Shown here in pieces: positions 28,631 through 37,634 of a stretch of 58,706 nucleotides of DNA. The notes under the pieces are model-generated. The model searched no databases. It was not told where the DNA came from and worked only from the letters and a program-made list of their open reading frames with translations. The position numbers and the translations under genes were made by a program. The DNA lies in NCBI GenBank assembly GCA_018830725.1, contig JAHJRV010000035.1, positions 1-58,706 of the forward strand, read 5' to 3'. This DNA is from Actinomycetota bacterium. GTDB taxonomy: Bacteria > Actinomycetota > Humimicrobiia > JAHJRV01. Each line of letters opens with the position of its first letter. Position 1 is the first letter of the stretch.

Positions 28631-28761
28631 TAAGATTTTACTTATTTATAAATTCATTGAGTCCACCAGTATGAAGTATAAATTAATTACTGAAAAAATA
28701 GGTATCCAAAGGTTGAATTGACTAATATGATTAGGAAAAGGATTGCTTAAAATATTCTTAA

Positions 28762-29937
28762 TTAATTTTGTTGTTTCATTAAATCATATATAATAAGAAA
28801 TCCTTTGGAAATTTCTGGAATATAAAAAGTGAATATATTCTTTATAGTTGGTTTAATCTCAAATGCTTCTGTGTGTCCAATAATTTTTAAAATTACAAGA
28901 TGGCAATTATCCTCACCTACTGCTTCAGCAAGTCTAATACTTTCTGTATGAGGAATTGAGATATCAGGATAACCATGAGCTATTAGTAGGTATGATTTTA
29001 AATTATCTATTTTATTGATAGGTGAAAGTTCCTCTATATATTTTTTTATTTTGGGATTTAATTTATCAATTAAAACTTTAACTTTTTTATAATCTTTATT
29101 GGTTAAAAGTTTATAAATATTTAATCCTCCCTCCCCTAATTTTTCTTTTAAAACATCTACATTAGCTCTGAGATTCTCTAATTTCAAATTAGAAATTTCA
29201 TCTAAAATTTTTCTATCGTTTTTATTTTCAATTAAATCCAAATTAAATTTAATAAAAAGCCATTTACCATGTTCATAAGGTTTTAAACATCCACTTTCAT
29301 CTTTATATTCATAATATCCAGTTGTCACATAAGCTATCACATTTTTTAGATCATAATACCCACCATAACAGAAAACAAACTTAACCAAGTCCCTTATTTG
29401 ATCATCAGAAGCTGCTAATATTGCTGGTCCAACACCATAACTAAAACTCATAATTCCTATCTTATCTTGGTGAACATAGTTAGTTAAGCTATGCAAATAT
29501 TTAAAACTATCTACAATTTCCTCAATATCAGAAACTCTGATTCTTTGTGATTTCATTCCTAAAAAATCAGGAACTAAAACCACAAATCCTGAGCGAACTA
29601 ATGAATGTATCAGGGGAATTAAACGGGTATCATCTTTTCCTTCTGAAGCAAGACCATGAACAAAGATTAATGCAGCATGTTTCTTAATATCATCTGGTCG
29701 ATAAAGATCTGCTGATATTACTCTTTTACTGCTTTTAATTTCTAATTCAGTTGATAAATGCTTTTCTTCAAATAAGTTTATAGGTTTTATTTTTTCTGGA
29801 CCAAATAAATCTAATAGTAAAAGGATTGCTTTTAATGACCTATTAATTGGCTTGAAAAAAATTAATATAAGAATGGAAAAGAAAATAAAAATTGTTAATA
29901 TTTTTATTAATACTTTTAAAAATCTCTTTTTAACCAT
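28762..29937 (-). CDS. Membrane-anchored alpha/beta-fold hydrolase
   Basis: N-terminal TM helix, oxyanion-type HG (FVHGLAS), nucleophile elbow variant SFSYG, and distal Asp/His (HGYPD, IGHTE). Confidence 0.65.
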   Translation of the reverse strand: MVKKRFLKVLIKILTIFIFFSILILIFFKPINRSLKAILLLLDLFGPEKIKPINLFEEKHLSTELEIKSSKRVISADLYRPDDIKKHAALIFVHGLASEGKDDTRLIPLIHSLVRSGFVVLVPDFLGMKSQRIRVSDIEEIVDSFKYLHSLTNYVHQDKIGIMSFSYGVGPAILAASDDQIRDLVKFVFCYGGYYDLKNVIAYVTTGYYEYKDESGCLKPYEHGKWLFIKFNLDLIENKNDRKILDEISNLKLENLRANVDVLKEKLGEGGLNIYKLLTNKDYKKVKVLIDKLNPKIKKYIEELSPINKIDNLKSYLLIAHGYPDISIPHTESIRLAEAVGEDNCHLVILKIIGHTEAFEIKPTIKNIFTFYIPEISKGFLIIYDLMKQQN

Positions 29938-30179
29938 TTTTTTATTATCCTATTATTTTATTAATCAATAATTAATATGTATTATTAACATTACAAATAA
30001 TCCTTAATGTAGATAATTATAATTGAAATATGTAATAATAAAATTCTAATAATCTTATTTATAAATAGATTCTATTAATTAATTATTGTAATTTTTCTAA
30101 AATTCATAAAAAATTTTTGATTGTAAAATGATATCTAATAATTTTACTAAAGAATTTTATTCTAAGAATATTTAATATT

Positions 30180-31370
30180 ATGAGAATATTACTTATAAAT
30201 CATTTTCCATTAGAAGGTTCAGGGAGTGGTATTTATACTCAAAATGTGGCTGATGTGCTTTTAAAATTAGGTCATGAAGTAATGGTTATAGCACCTGACC
30301 ACAAACAAGTAACAAATAAGGATTTTCTAGTGAGATCTATAATATTCTCAAATGGTGTTAATAAGAACTTTCATTTACCATTCAACTTTCCTTGTTTTAC
30401 TACACATCCATTTAGTAATACTACTTTTTATGAACTAACAGATACTCAAATTTCAGATTACACTAATACTTTATTAGACTTTATTTATAAAGCTAAAGAA
30501 GATTTTAATCCTGACATCATACATGCACAACATCTCTGGATTTCCTCATATTGTGCTAAAAAAACAGGAATACCTTTTTGTACAACCTGCCATGGTACCG
30601 ATTTAATTGGATTTAGAAAAGGTAAAAGGTATAGAAATATGACAATTGATGCTGTTAAATCAGCTTCATTTATTATTGCAATTTCCAATCAAGTTAAGAA
30701 AGATATACTAAATTTATTTGATATTAGTGATAAAAAGATAAAGGTAATATCTAATGGTTTTAACTCAGATATATTTAGAATAAAAGAGATAGATCGTCAA
30801 AAACTTTTAAATGAACTGGGATTACCTTTAGAAGTAGGAAAGGTTATTTGCTTTGTTGGAAAACTTACTCATTTTAAAGGTGTAGATGTTCTCATTAAGG
30901 CAGCATCAATCTATGAAAAAGTCTTAGATAATGTTATTACTTTGATTGTTGGTTATGGAGAGTTATACGATGAACTCGTAAATCTTGCTAATGAAATGGG
31001 ATTAAAAAGGTTTTATTTTTTAGGTCATCATGATCAAAATGTGGTTTCAAAGATCTACAATTTAGCTGATTTAGCTGTTGTTCCATCCAGGGGAGAGGCT
31101 TTTGGTTTAGTTGCTATAGAAGCACTCGCTTGTGGGACTCCAGTTATAGGGACAATTAATGGTGGTCCACAAGATTTTTTAAATGAAGAAGTTGGAGCAC
31201 TTGTAAAACAAGATTCACCAGAAGATTTAGCAAAAAAAATTATTAAAGAGATAAAATCAGATTCAAAGAGTAAAAAGGGTAAATTGGCTGCAAAATATGC
31301 CTTAGAAAATTTTTCCTGGAGAAAAAATGTAAAAGAATTAATAGATATTTATAAAAAAGTTATAAAATAA
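30180..31370 (+). CDS. Glycosyltransferase family 4
   Basis: GT-B fold with the C-terminal EX7E region (PSRGEAFGLVAIEALACGTPVIGT). Confidence 0.85.
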   Translation: MRILLINHFPLEGSGSGIYTQNVADVLLKLGHEVMVIAPDHKQVTNKDFLVRSIIFSNGVNKNFHLPFNFPCFTTHPFSNTTFYELTDTQISDYTNTLLDFIYKAKEDFNPDIIHAQHLWISSYCAKKTGIPFCTTCHGTDLIGFRKGKRYRNMTIDAVKSASFIIAISNQVKKDILNLFDISDKKIKVISNGFNSDIFRIKEIDRQKLLNELGLPLEVGKVICFVGKLTHFKGVDVLIKAASIYEKVLDNVITLIVGYGELYDELVNLANEMGLKRFYFLGHHDQNVVSKIYNLADLAVVPSRGEAFGLVAIEALACGTPVIGTINGGPQDFLNEEVGALVKQDSPEDLAKKIIKEIKSDSKSKKGKLAAKYALENFSWRKNVKELIDIYKKVIK

Positions 31371-31402
31371 CAAATTTAAATATTAGATAGGCTTGGTAAA
31401 AT

Positions 31403-31678
31403 ATGAAGGTGAAAATATTTGCTACACTGAGACAGTATGTGAACTCCAAGGAAGTAGAGGTGAATGCGAAAGCTGGTGATAAAGTGCGAGATGTACTTGA
31501 GAAACTTGTAGCCAACAACCCTGAACTAGGTAAACGGATATTTGATAAAGAAGGTAACCTCCAGCGATCAATAAGGGTTTTGGTCAAAGGTCGCAACATA
31601 GAATTCAAAGAGGGTTTAAATACAATCTTAAAAAAGAATGATTATCTTGCACTTTTTCCACCTGTGGGTGGTGGTTAA
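31403..31678 (+). CDS. MoaD/ThiS-family ubiquitin-like sulfur-carrier protein
   Basis: 91 aa with a beta-grasp-like pattern (MKVKIFATLR...). The C-terminus ends PPVGGG, a diglycine tail. Higher G+C than the surroundings. Confidence 0.75.
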   Translation: MKVKIFATLRQYVNSKEVEVNAKAGDKVRDVLEKLVANNPELGKRIFDKEGNLQRSIRVLVKGRNIEFKEGLNTILKKNDYLALFPPVGGG

Positions 31679-31753
31679 TGATAACTAGCTAAATCCATAT
31701 TACTTGAAGTTACTCATCTACTAACTTTCAGCTAGTTGCGACTTAGTGCTAAA

Positions 31754-31800
31754 AAGGCAGTTGGCAGTCGAACATCAACTGCCAACTGCCTTATATTTTG
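31754..31800. terminator. Bidirectional intrinsic terminator between the convergent moaD-like gene and aor
   Basis: Perfect 15-bp stem AAGGCAGTTGGCAGT (31754-31768) / ACTGCCAACTGCCTT (31778-31792) with a 9-nt loop. A-run upstream and a T-rich tract downstream. Confidence 0.75.
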
Positions 31801-31829
31801 ATCTCTCACTATCTCTGCGAAGAAATGGG

Positions 31830-33641
31830 CTACTCGATGATCTCTAACTCCTTAAGTTTACTTTCAGGCACAACACCATTCTCCCAGCCACGGAAAGTGT
31901 AGTACTCTTCTAGCATCTCATCCAGCTCACATACCGAACCCGCTGCTGCTCCTGTTCCCGGTTCTTCTAAGAAACGTTTCGGTAAATAGTCGGAACCTTC
32001 GCGGAATCCATTGAGGTTGTTGTAATATCGCTCCAGATTGTAGACTCGTTCCCCGATCTTCAGTAATCCATTGGCATCGAGTGGTACACCTGTAACCGCT
32101 GAGTATAGCCCAGCATACACATCTAGCGGAATAGCAAAAGTACCAAACTTGCAGACATTAAGGCTGTCTGTGAAACCGTATACATTCTGGAAGATCCCGA
32201 CTAACTCGCCCTTACCCTTCCACTCCAGAGGGTCAACAGTGCTCGCTTCACCAAGAACGTAGCCAACGACCTCTGCTGCTGGGGTGTAACCACGCAGGTG
32301 ACAAGCACCACGGTTTGATGTGGCGTAACCAATACCCATCCCTTTTAAGCCACGTGGATCATAAGCAGGAATGGACTGACCCTTGACAGTCATAGCAATA
32401 CTGGGATCTCCCCATTTCTTCGAGCAAGGATCCATCCCTTCAGCTAAGTCATCGCCTAAACTTTTTCGGAAGGCAATATCCTTAATTAACTTCAACATAG
32501 CATTTGTATCTCCCCACTTGAGACCATCAACTAAACCTTTCTCAGTAGCTTCCATAGTCATAGCTAAAGCATCACCAGTCTCGATAGTATCCAAGCCATA
32601 ATCATTGCAACGATCAATCATTGCAGCAATGGCATTAGGATCACTATTACCACACATTGCACCAAAAGCCCACACTGATTCATACTCCATGCTCTCCATA
32701 TGAAGTCCCTTGTGCTTGCCTTTAGTAATTTCTACTTCCTTTTTGCAAGCCACAGGACACATATAACAAGTTGGACTCTTTACCCATATTGTCTCTGATA
32801 CAGTTTCCCCACTAACATCCTCTATCTCTGGGAAATCAGTACGTTTAGCATTGTAGGTTGGGTAAGCCCCAATTTCGTTTACCATATTTGCTAAAACATT
32901 TGTTCCATAAGTATGTAGATCACCTGTCTTTGGTATGGTTGTGGGTACTTCCCTGATCTTATCTAAGGCTTTTTTATTAGCTGCTTCAAATATCTCTGCA
33001 TCCACTGGCTTTGGCATATTCACTCTGTCTCCTTTAATGACGATGCATTTTAGATTTTTACTCCCCCCTACAGCACCAGTACCACCCCGTCCAGATGCTC
33101 GATTATTAGCATTTATCCAAGCAGCAAAGTTCACAAGGTTCTCCCCAGCAGGACCAATAGACATAATTCCTACATCTTCTCCATACTTCTGGCGCATTAA
33201 TTTAACAGTATCATGAACACCCTTACCCCACATGTGTGAAGCGTCGTAGAGAGTGACCTTCCCATTCTCTACATAAGCATAGGTTGGCTTCTCAGCTTTT
33301 CCTTTAAAGACCAGACCATCGAAGCCAGCCCACTTAAGCTTCGCACCCGTCCAACCGCCCATATGGGAATCAGTACAGGTTCCTGTTAGTGGAGACTTAG
33401 TAACAACAGATAGCCTACCGCTAGCTCTAGTTGCTGTACCTGTCAATGGACCTACCATCACACATAAAATATTATCTGGAGAGAAAGCTTCGACCTCCGG
33501 TCCATTGTCGAAGAGAAACTTCACTCCCATGCCTCGTCCACCAACATACTTGCGTGCTATTTCCTCATCGATCTCCTCATACTTGATCTCACCATTGGTA
33601 AGGTCAATGCGAGCAATTCTATTAGCATAACCTCCTAACAT
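31830..33641 (-). CDS. aor: Tungsten-type aldehyde:ferredoxin oxidoreductase (AOR family)
   Basis: Full-length AOR similarity: N-terminal domain, [4Fe-4S] ligand region CYMCPVAC, and pterin-binding segments. The start is moved to ATG at 33641 (MLGGYANRI...) because AAAGGAGG lies 7 nt upstream. The track's TTG start at 33659 translates the RBS. Confidence 0.9.
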   Translation of the reverse strand: MLGGYANRIARIDLTNGEIKYEEIDEEIARKYVGGRGMGVKFLFDNGPEVEAFSPDNILCVMVGPLTGTATRASGRLSVVTKSPLTGTCTDSHMGGWTGAKLKWAGFDGLVFKGKAEKPTYAYVENGKVTLYDASHMWGKGVHDTVKLMRQKYGEDVGIMSIGPAGENLVNFAAWINANNRASGRGGTGAVGGSKNLKCIVIKGDRVNMPKPVDAEIFEAANKKALDKIREVPTTIPKTGDLHTYGTNVLANMVNEIGAYPTYNAKRTDFPEIEDVSGETVSETIWVKSPTCYMCPVACKKEVEITKGKHKGLHMESMEYESVWAFGAMCGNSDPNAIAAMIDRCNDYGLDTIETGDALAMTMEATEKGLVDGLKWGDTNAMLKLIKDIAFRKSLGDDLAEGMDPCSKKWGDPSIAMTVKGQSIPAYDPRGLKGMGIGYATSNRGACHLRGYTPAAEVVGYVLGEASTVDPLEWKGKGELVGIFQNVYGFTDSLNVCKFGTFAIPLDVYAGLYSAVTGVPLDANGLLKIGERVYNLERYYNNLNGFREGSDYLPKRFLEEPGTGAAAGSVCELDEMLEEYYTFRGWENGVVPESKLKELEIIE

Positions 33642-33827
33642 ATTCTTACCTCCTTTCAAGTCTTTTTAACTTTAAGTATCAAAAGGTTTGTTGTCTACGC
33701 TAACTGAAAAAACCTTATTTTATGTGAATTACCTCCTTATTTAAAAATAATATTTATAGATTTTTAAGATGAATTTTATGGATTAAATAGAGAGATTTAT
33801 ATTTTTTTAAGATATTTTTTAATTTAA

Positions 33828-33871
33828 CATAAAAATAAAAAAAGGAGGTTATTTTATTTATAGCCTCCTTT
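33828..33871 (-). terminator. Intrinsic terminator overlapping the 3' strand of the candidate riboswitch P1
   Basis: Minus strand reads AAAGGAGG-CUAUAAAUAAAAUAA-CCUCCUUU followed by UUUUAUUUUU. Confidence 0.6.
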
Positions 33872-33948
33872 GCGTAATGGCGGGTATGAGAATTGCTCCT
33901 CATACCTTATCGTTCATCAATCCCATTAGGACTGTATGAATCGGAGCT
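33862..33948 (-). promoter_or_regulatory. Candidate molybdenum/tungsten-cofactor (Moco/Tuco-class) riboswitch aptamer
   Basis: Three-way junction on the minus strand. P1 is AGCUCC (33948-33943) with GGAG(G)CU (33868-33862). P2 is UUCAU-A-CAGUCC / GGAUUG-AUGAA. The third stem is a perfect 8-bp GGUAUGAG / CUCAUACC. Junction strings CUCCGA, CCCGCC and AAAGGAG match what I recall of the Moco motif. It lies upstream of aor. Confidence 0.45.
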
Positions 33949-34113
33949 CACTTATTGTGATTTTAAAGATTATGGATTCTTTCAAATTAAATAATTTTTT
34001 TATATTTAAAAATCATGTGCTAATTTCTAATTTAATAGAATAAAATTATTATATCACACTATTGTGAACTATAGGATACCAATTTTTCATTAGAAACATA
34101 ATGATGGAAAAGT

Positions 34114-34476
34114 TTAAAATGCATTAGGAATAAATCTTATTTTAGCTTGTTTAATTCCCTGTGGTAGATATATAGAAATAACATCAAAACGAGTATTCAA
34201 ATTTTGATATTGGTTATTAAATATTAAAAAATGTTGTGCAATTTTCTTAATTCTATTCTGTTTAAAATAGTTTACTGACTCAAAAGGCTTTCCAAAAGTA
34301 AGTGAGTTCCTGGTCTTTACCTCAACAAAACATATCTTGTTGTCTTTTAAAGCTATAATATCTATTTCCCCTAACTTACATCTATAATTAACATCTATTA
34401 TTTGATAACCCTTTTTTATTAAAAAATTTTTAGCTAAAATCTCTCCCTGTCTTCCAGTTATCATAATAATTTTCAA
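34114..34476 (-). CDS. yraN: YraN-family (UPF0102) endonuclease-like protein
   Basis: GEIDIIA ... FVEVKTR motif pattern typical of the family. 120 aa. Confidence 0.85.
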   Translation of the reverse strand: MKIIMITGRQGEILAKNFLIKKGYQIIDVNYRCKLGEIDIIALKDNKICFVEVKTRNSLTFGKPFESVNYFKQNRIKKIAQHFLIFNNQYQNLNTRFDVISIYLPQGIKQAKIRFIPNAF

Positions 34477-34665
34477 AATTTTAAATACTTATTGTTATTA
34501 AAAACAATATTTCACAAATTATAAATAATTAATACTTTCTACCAACTGATTTATAACACATTATTAAATAATATCAGAATATGACAATTTGTGCAAATAT
34601 TTATTTATATATAAGTGTGAAATACTTGTATAAAAATTAAGTGGTCAGAAGTTTTGTAGGTATGA

Positions 34666-35193
34666 CTATTTGATAGGGCCAAAACGATTTAATGGCCAGC
34701 GTCTAAAAATAGCTCTTCCAATTATCATATCTTCAGATATAGGACCAATCCAACGACTATCCTGGCTATTTCCCCTATTATCACCAAGTACAAAAACTGT
34801 ACCTTCTTTGATATCAAAACTAAATGATTGACCAACATTTTGGTAGATTGCATAGTGCTCCTCATAAGCTTGACCATTCAAAATTACATGACCATCCTCA
34901 GTTATTTCAACATGATCACCTGGAACTCCTATTACTCTCTTAATCAGCTGTTTCTCTATCCCAGAAGGATTATTAAAAACCACTATCTCACCCACTTTTG
35001 GTGAACGAAATCTATAGGTAATTTTTTCTACCAATAAATTATCACCCATTAAAATTGTAGGTTCCATAGATGATGTGGGTATCATATAGGTATGGATAAT
35101 AAATGTCCTTATCAAAATAGCAATTATTACAGCAATTGCTATTAAAAATATATATTCAAAAAAGGAGGGAAGTAAACTTTTCTTTTTTATCAC
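34666..35193 (-). CDS. lepB: Signal peptidase I
   Basis: N-terminal TM helix, catalytic SSMEPT, and GDNRGNSQDSR boxes. Confidence 0.92.
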   Translation of the reverse strand: MIKKKSLLPSFFEYIFLIAIAVIIAILIRTFIIHTYMIPTSSMEPTILMGDNLLVEKITYRFRSPKVGEIVVFNNPSGIEKQLIKRVIGVPGDHVEITEDGHVILNGQAYEEHYAIYQNVGQSFSFDIKEGTVFVLGDNRGNSQDSRWIGPISEDMIIGRAIFRRWPLNRFGPIK

Positions 35194-35289
35194 TCTTTAA
35201 CAGTCTCTTTTAATTAATTTAACCTTAATCTAATTAAAATTTTTATGTTGTTTTACATTTCTCATTATGCTCTTAGAGCAATCTTACCT

Positions 35290-35664
35290 TTAAACTGCAT
35301 TTTTATTTTTTACATTTTTAGTAGTTTCTTTTCTTTTAACTTTAGCTTTTTTCCCAGTTCTTTCCCTCAGGTAATATAACTTAGCTCTTCGAGTCTTACC
35401 TTTACTAACTAATTCAATTTTCTCAATCACAGGTGAATTTATTGGAAAGATTTTTTCAACTCCAATCCCATATGAAATTTTTCTTACTGTGTACGTTCTA
35501 TTTATGCCAGAACCTTTTATTCTAATCACAATTCCCTGAAAAACCTGTATCCTTGTACCTTTGCCTGTGCTTACATTTATGTGTATTTTTACAACATCAC
35601 CAGGTTGAAATTCTGGAATTTCTTTTTTTAGATATTTTTTTTCAATATTTAATATTTCTATCAA
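35290..35664 (-). CDS. rplS: 50S ribosomal protein L19
   Basis: L19 signature (FQPGDVVKIH..., RIQVFQG, RRAKLYYLR). TTG start with GGGAG upstream. Confidence 0.95.
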   Translation of the reverse strand: MIEILNIEKKYLKKEIPEFQPGDVVKIHINVSTGKGTRIQVFQGIVIRIKGSGINRTYTVRKISYGIGVEKIFPINSPVIEKIELVSKGKTRRAKLYYLRERTGKKAKVKRKETTKNVKNKNAV

Positions 35665-35730
35665 TTTATTCTCCCTATCATATTTGAACCATTATAGCAC
35701 TAAAAAAACAAAAGTAAAGATTCTCTGAAT

Positions 35731-35786
35731 AGCTTTGTGGTATATTTTCACAGGCATTTTTAACTAAGAAAATATACCACAAAGCT
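35731..35786. repeat. Perfect 19-bp inverted repeat (hairpin) between trmD and rplS
   Basis: AGCTTTGTGGTATATTTTC (35731-35749) and GAAAATATACCACAAAGCT (35768-35786), with an 18-nt loop. Confidence 0.85.
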
Positions 35787-35815
35787 CTGCAAATTTATTT
35801 AATTATTTTTTTTTA

Positions 35816-36502
35816 TTATTTTAATAAATCAGATCTTAATTTTTCTGTTTTTATTTTTGCTTGTTTTTTCCTCCACTCTGCAATTTTTTTATGATTTCCA
35901 CTTAACAATATTTCTGGGACTTCAATTCCCTCAAAATTTGCTGGTCTCGTATATTGAGGATAATCAAGCAAATTACTAAAAAAAGATTCCTCATCAAGAG
36001 ATTTAATATTTCCTAGTACTCCTGGAATTAGTCTTACTACACCATCCACTAAAACCATAGCTGCTACTTCACCTCCAGAAATGACATAATCTCCAATAGA
36101 AATCAATCTGTCAACCAATACTTTTTTTACTCTTTCATCAACACCCTCATATCTTCCAGATATAATGATTAGCTTTTTAAAAGAAGAAAGTGATTTCAAT
36201 GTTGATTGATTAAGTCTCTTTCCATCAGGTGATAATAAAATTACACATATTTCTTCCCTTTTTAACCCAGAATCTTTTACAATTTCTCTTACTGCATTAA
36301 AAATCGGTTCTGGCATCATTATCATCCCAGGTCCACCACCATAAGGTTCATCATCAACTCTACCATGTTTTAAGGGTGAATAATCCCTTAAGTTGTGTAT
36401 TTTTAAAGAAAAAATATTTTTTCTGAGTGCTCTTGTAATAACTCCATATTTAAAAACGGATTCAAACATATCCGGGAATATAGTTAATATATCAATCTGC
36501 AT
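35816..36502 (-). CDS. trmD: tRNA (guanine37-N1)-methyltransferase
   Basis: TrmD family over full length (DILTIFPDMF, GGGPGM, GRYEGVDER, SIGDYVISGGE). Confidence 0.95.
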   Translation of the reverse strand: MQIDILTIFPDMFESVFKYGVITRALRKNIFSLKIHNLRDYSPLKHGRVDDEPYGGGPGMIMMPEPIFNAVREIVKDSGLKREEICVILLSPDGKRLNQSTLKSLSSFKKLIIISGRYEGVDERVKKVLVDRLISIGDYVISGGEVAAMVLVDGVVRLIPGVLGNIKSLDEESFFSNLLDYPQYTRPANFEGIEVPEILLSGNHKKIAEWRKKQAKIKTEKLRSDLLK

Positions 36503-36549
36503 TTTAGTCTTTTAAAATATTAAATTTTTAATTTTCATACAGTCTAAAA

Positions 36550-37080
36550 TTAGATATCTTCCATTCCTGCCATCATCTTAATTACCATTTTTTTGCTATT
36601 TAGGTCTATTTTTTTCACAATATCTTTAATAGCTGGAATTAGATACTCCTTCTTTTTACAGGTGTCCCCCTCTTTCCTAACTATATAAATATCATTAACT
36701 TTTGTTCTCATTATTTCTTCAATTTTGCCTAAATGCCTATCATTTTCATCATACACGTCCAAACCTATGATCTGATAGATCCAATAGCTATTAGCAGGAA
36801 GTTTTGGAGATTTACAGGATGGTATAAATAGAGAAGATCCCTTTAATTCTTGAGCTTTTTCTCTTGTGTTAACCTCATAGAACTTTATAGTTGCGATGCC
36901 GCCATCACAGACTATCTTCTCTATCAATAGTCTACTTTTTTCAAATAGATCTTCTTGTAAATAGAGAACAGTATTTCTTTTTAAATTTTTGGGGTAATCA
37001 GTAAAAAGTTTAATTAAAACTTCTCCTTTAATCCCCTTTGGTTTTATTATTTTTCCAATCTGATGGGATTTCAGGTTCAA
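36550..37080 (-). CDS. rimM: 16S rRNA processing protein RimM
   Basis: RimM N-terminal barrel (IGKIIKPKGIKGEV) and PRC-barrel C-terminal domain. Conserved position between ylqC and trmD. Confidence 0.88.
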   Translation of the reverse strand: MNLKSHQIGKIIKPKGIKGEVLIKLFTDYPKNLKRNTVLYLQEDLFEKSRLLIEKIVCDGGIATIKFYEVNTREKAQELKGSSLFIPSCKSPKLPANSYWIYQIIGLDVYDENDRHLGKIEEIMRTKVNDIYIVRKEGDTCKKKEYLIPAIKDIVKKIDLNSKKMVIKMMAGMEDI

Positions 37081-37130
37081 CTTCCTATTTACAGTTAAAA
37101 ATCAGACTCAAACAATTCTATAATTAAAAA

Positions 37131-37361
37131 TTAGTCGATTATTTGAACTATGGCGACCTTTCCATTCTTTGTAGCTACAGCTTTAATAATTACTCTTAAT
37201 GCATTGGCTATTCTTCCCTTTTTGCCAATAACTTTTCCTACATCAGTTTCTGAAACTTTTAGCTGTAAGATAATCGATCTTCCCTCTCCTACTTCATTGA
37301 CTTCAACCTTATCTGGTTCGTCAACTAAAGCTTTTGCAATATACTCTAATAGTTCTTTCAT
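37131..37361 (-). CDS. KH-domain RNA-binding protein (YlqC/UPF0109)
   Basis: GKVIGKKGR KH motif. 76 aa. Conserved position after rpsP. Confidence 0.88.
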   Translation of the reverse strand: MKELLEYIAKALVDEPDKVEVNEVGEGRSIILQLKVSETDVGKVIGKKGRIANALRVIIKAVATKNGKVAIVQIID

Positions 37362-37385
37362 TTTTCACCTCTACTTTTAAAAAAC

Positions 37386-37634
37386 CTATTTGGTTTCAAT
37401 TCCGGCAATGCTTAGTAATTTCTCCACAGTTCTTGTGGGAATTGCACCTCGCTTTAGCCATTTCTCTACCTTCTTTTTCTCAATTTTAACTTCGGATGGC
37501 TCAGAAAGTGGATTATATGTACCAACAATTTCAATAAATCTGCCATCTCTTGGCATCTTTGCATCTGCAACAACTACTCTATAAAAAGGTTTCTTCCTTG
37601 CCCCCCTTCTTGTTAGTCTGATTTTAACTGCCAA
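37386..37634 (-). CDS. rpsP: 30S ribosomal protein S16
   Basis: [24 protein letters not shown]. The start is set to TTG at 37634, which lies 5 nt after GGAGG. The track's GTG at 37640 overlaps the RBS itself. Confidence 0.93.
   Translation of the reverse strand: MAVKIRLTRRGARKKPFYRVVVADAKMPRDGRFIEIVGTYNPLSEPSEVKIEKKKVEKWLKRGAIPTRTVEKLLSIAGIETK

Noticed and set aside
31360-31608. 82-aa minus-strand ORF opposite the MoaD-like gene.
   Set aside because: The plus-strand frame gives a recognisable MoaD/ThiS protein with a Gly-Gly tail. The antisense frame is Ser/Leu/Thr-rich with no motif.
33642-33659. Track start of aor at TTG 33659, adding MKGGKN.
   Set aside because: Those codons are the Shine-Dalgarno sequence (AAAGGAGG) for the ATG at 33641. 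AOR family proteins begin near MxGxxxRILxVxL.
34509-34605. Imperfect AT-rich inverted repeat (AATATTTCACAAATT ... AATTTGTGCAAATATT) between yraN and lepB.
   Set aside because: It is imperfect and entirely AT-rich, and it cannot be distinguished from background. No associated signal.
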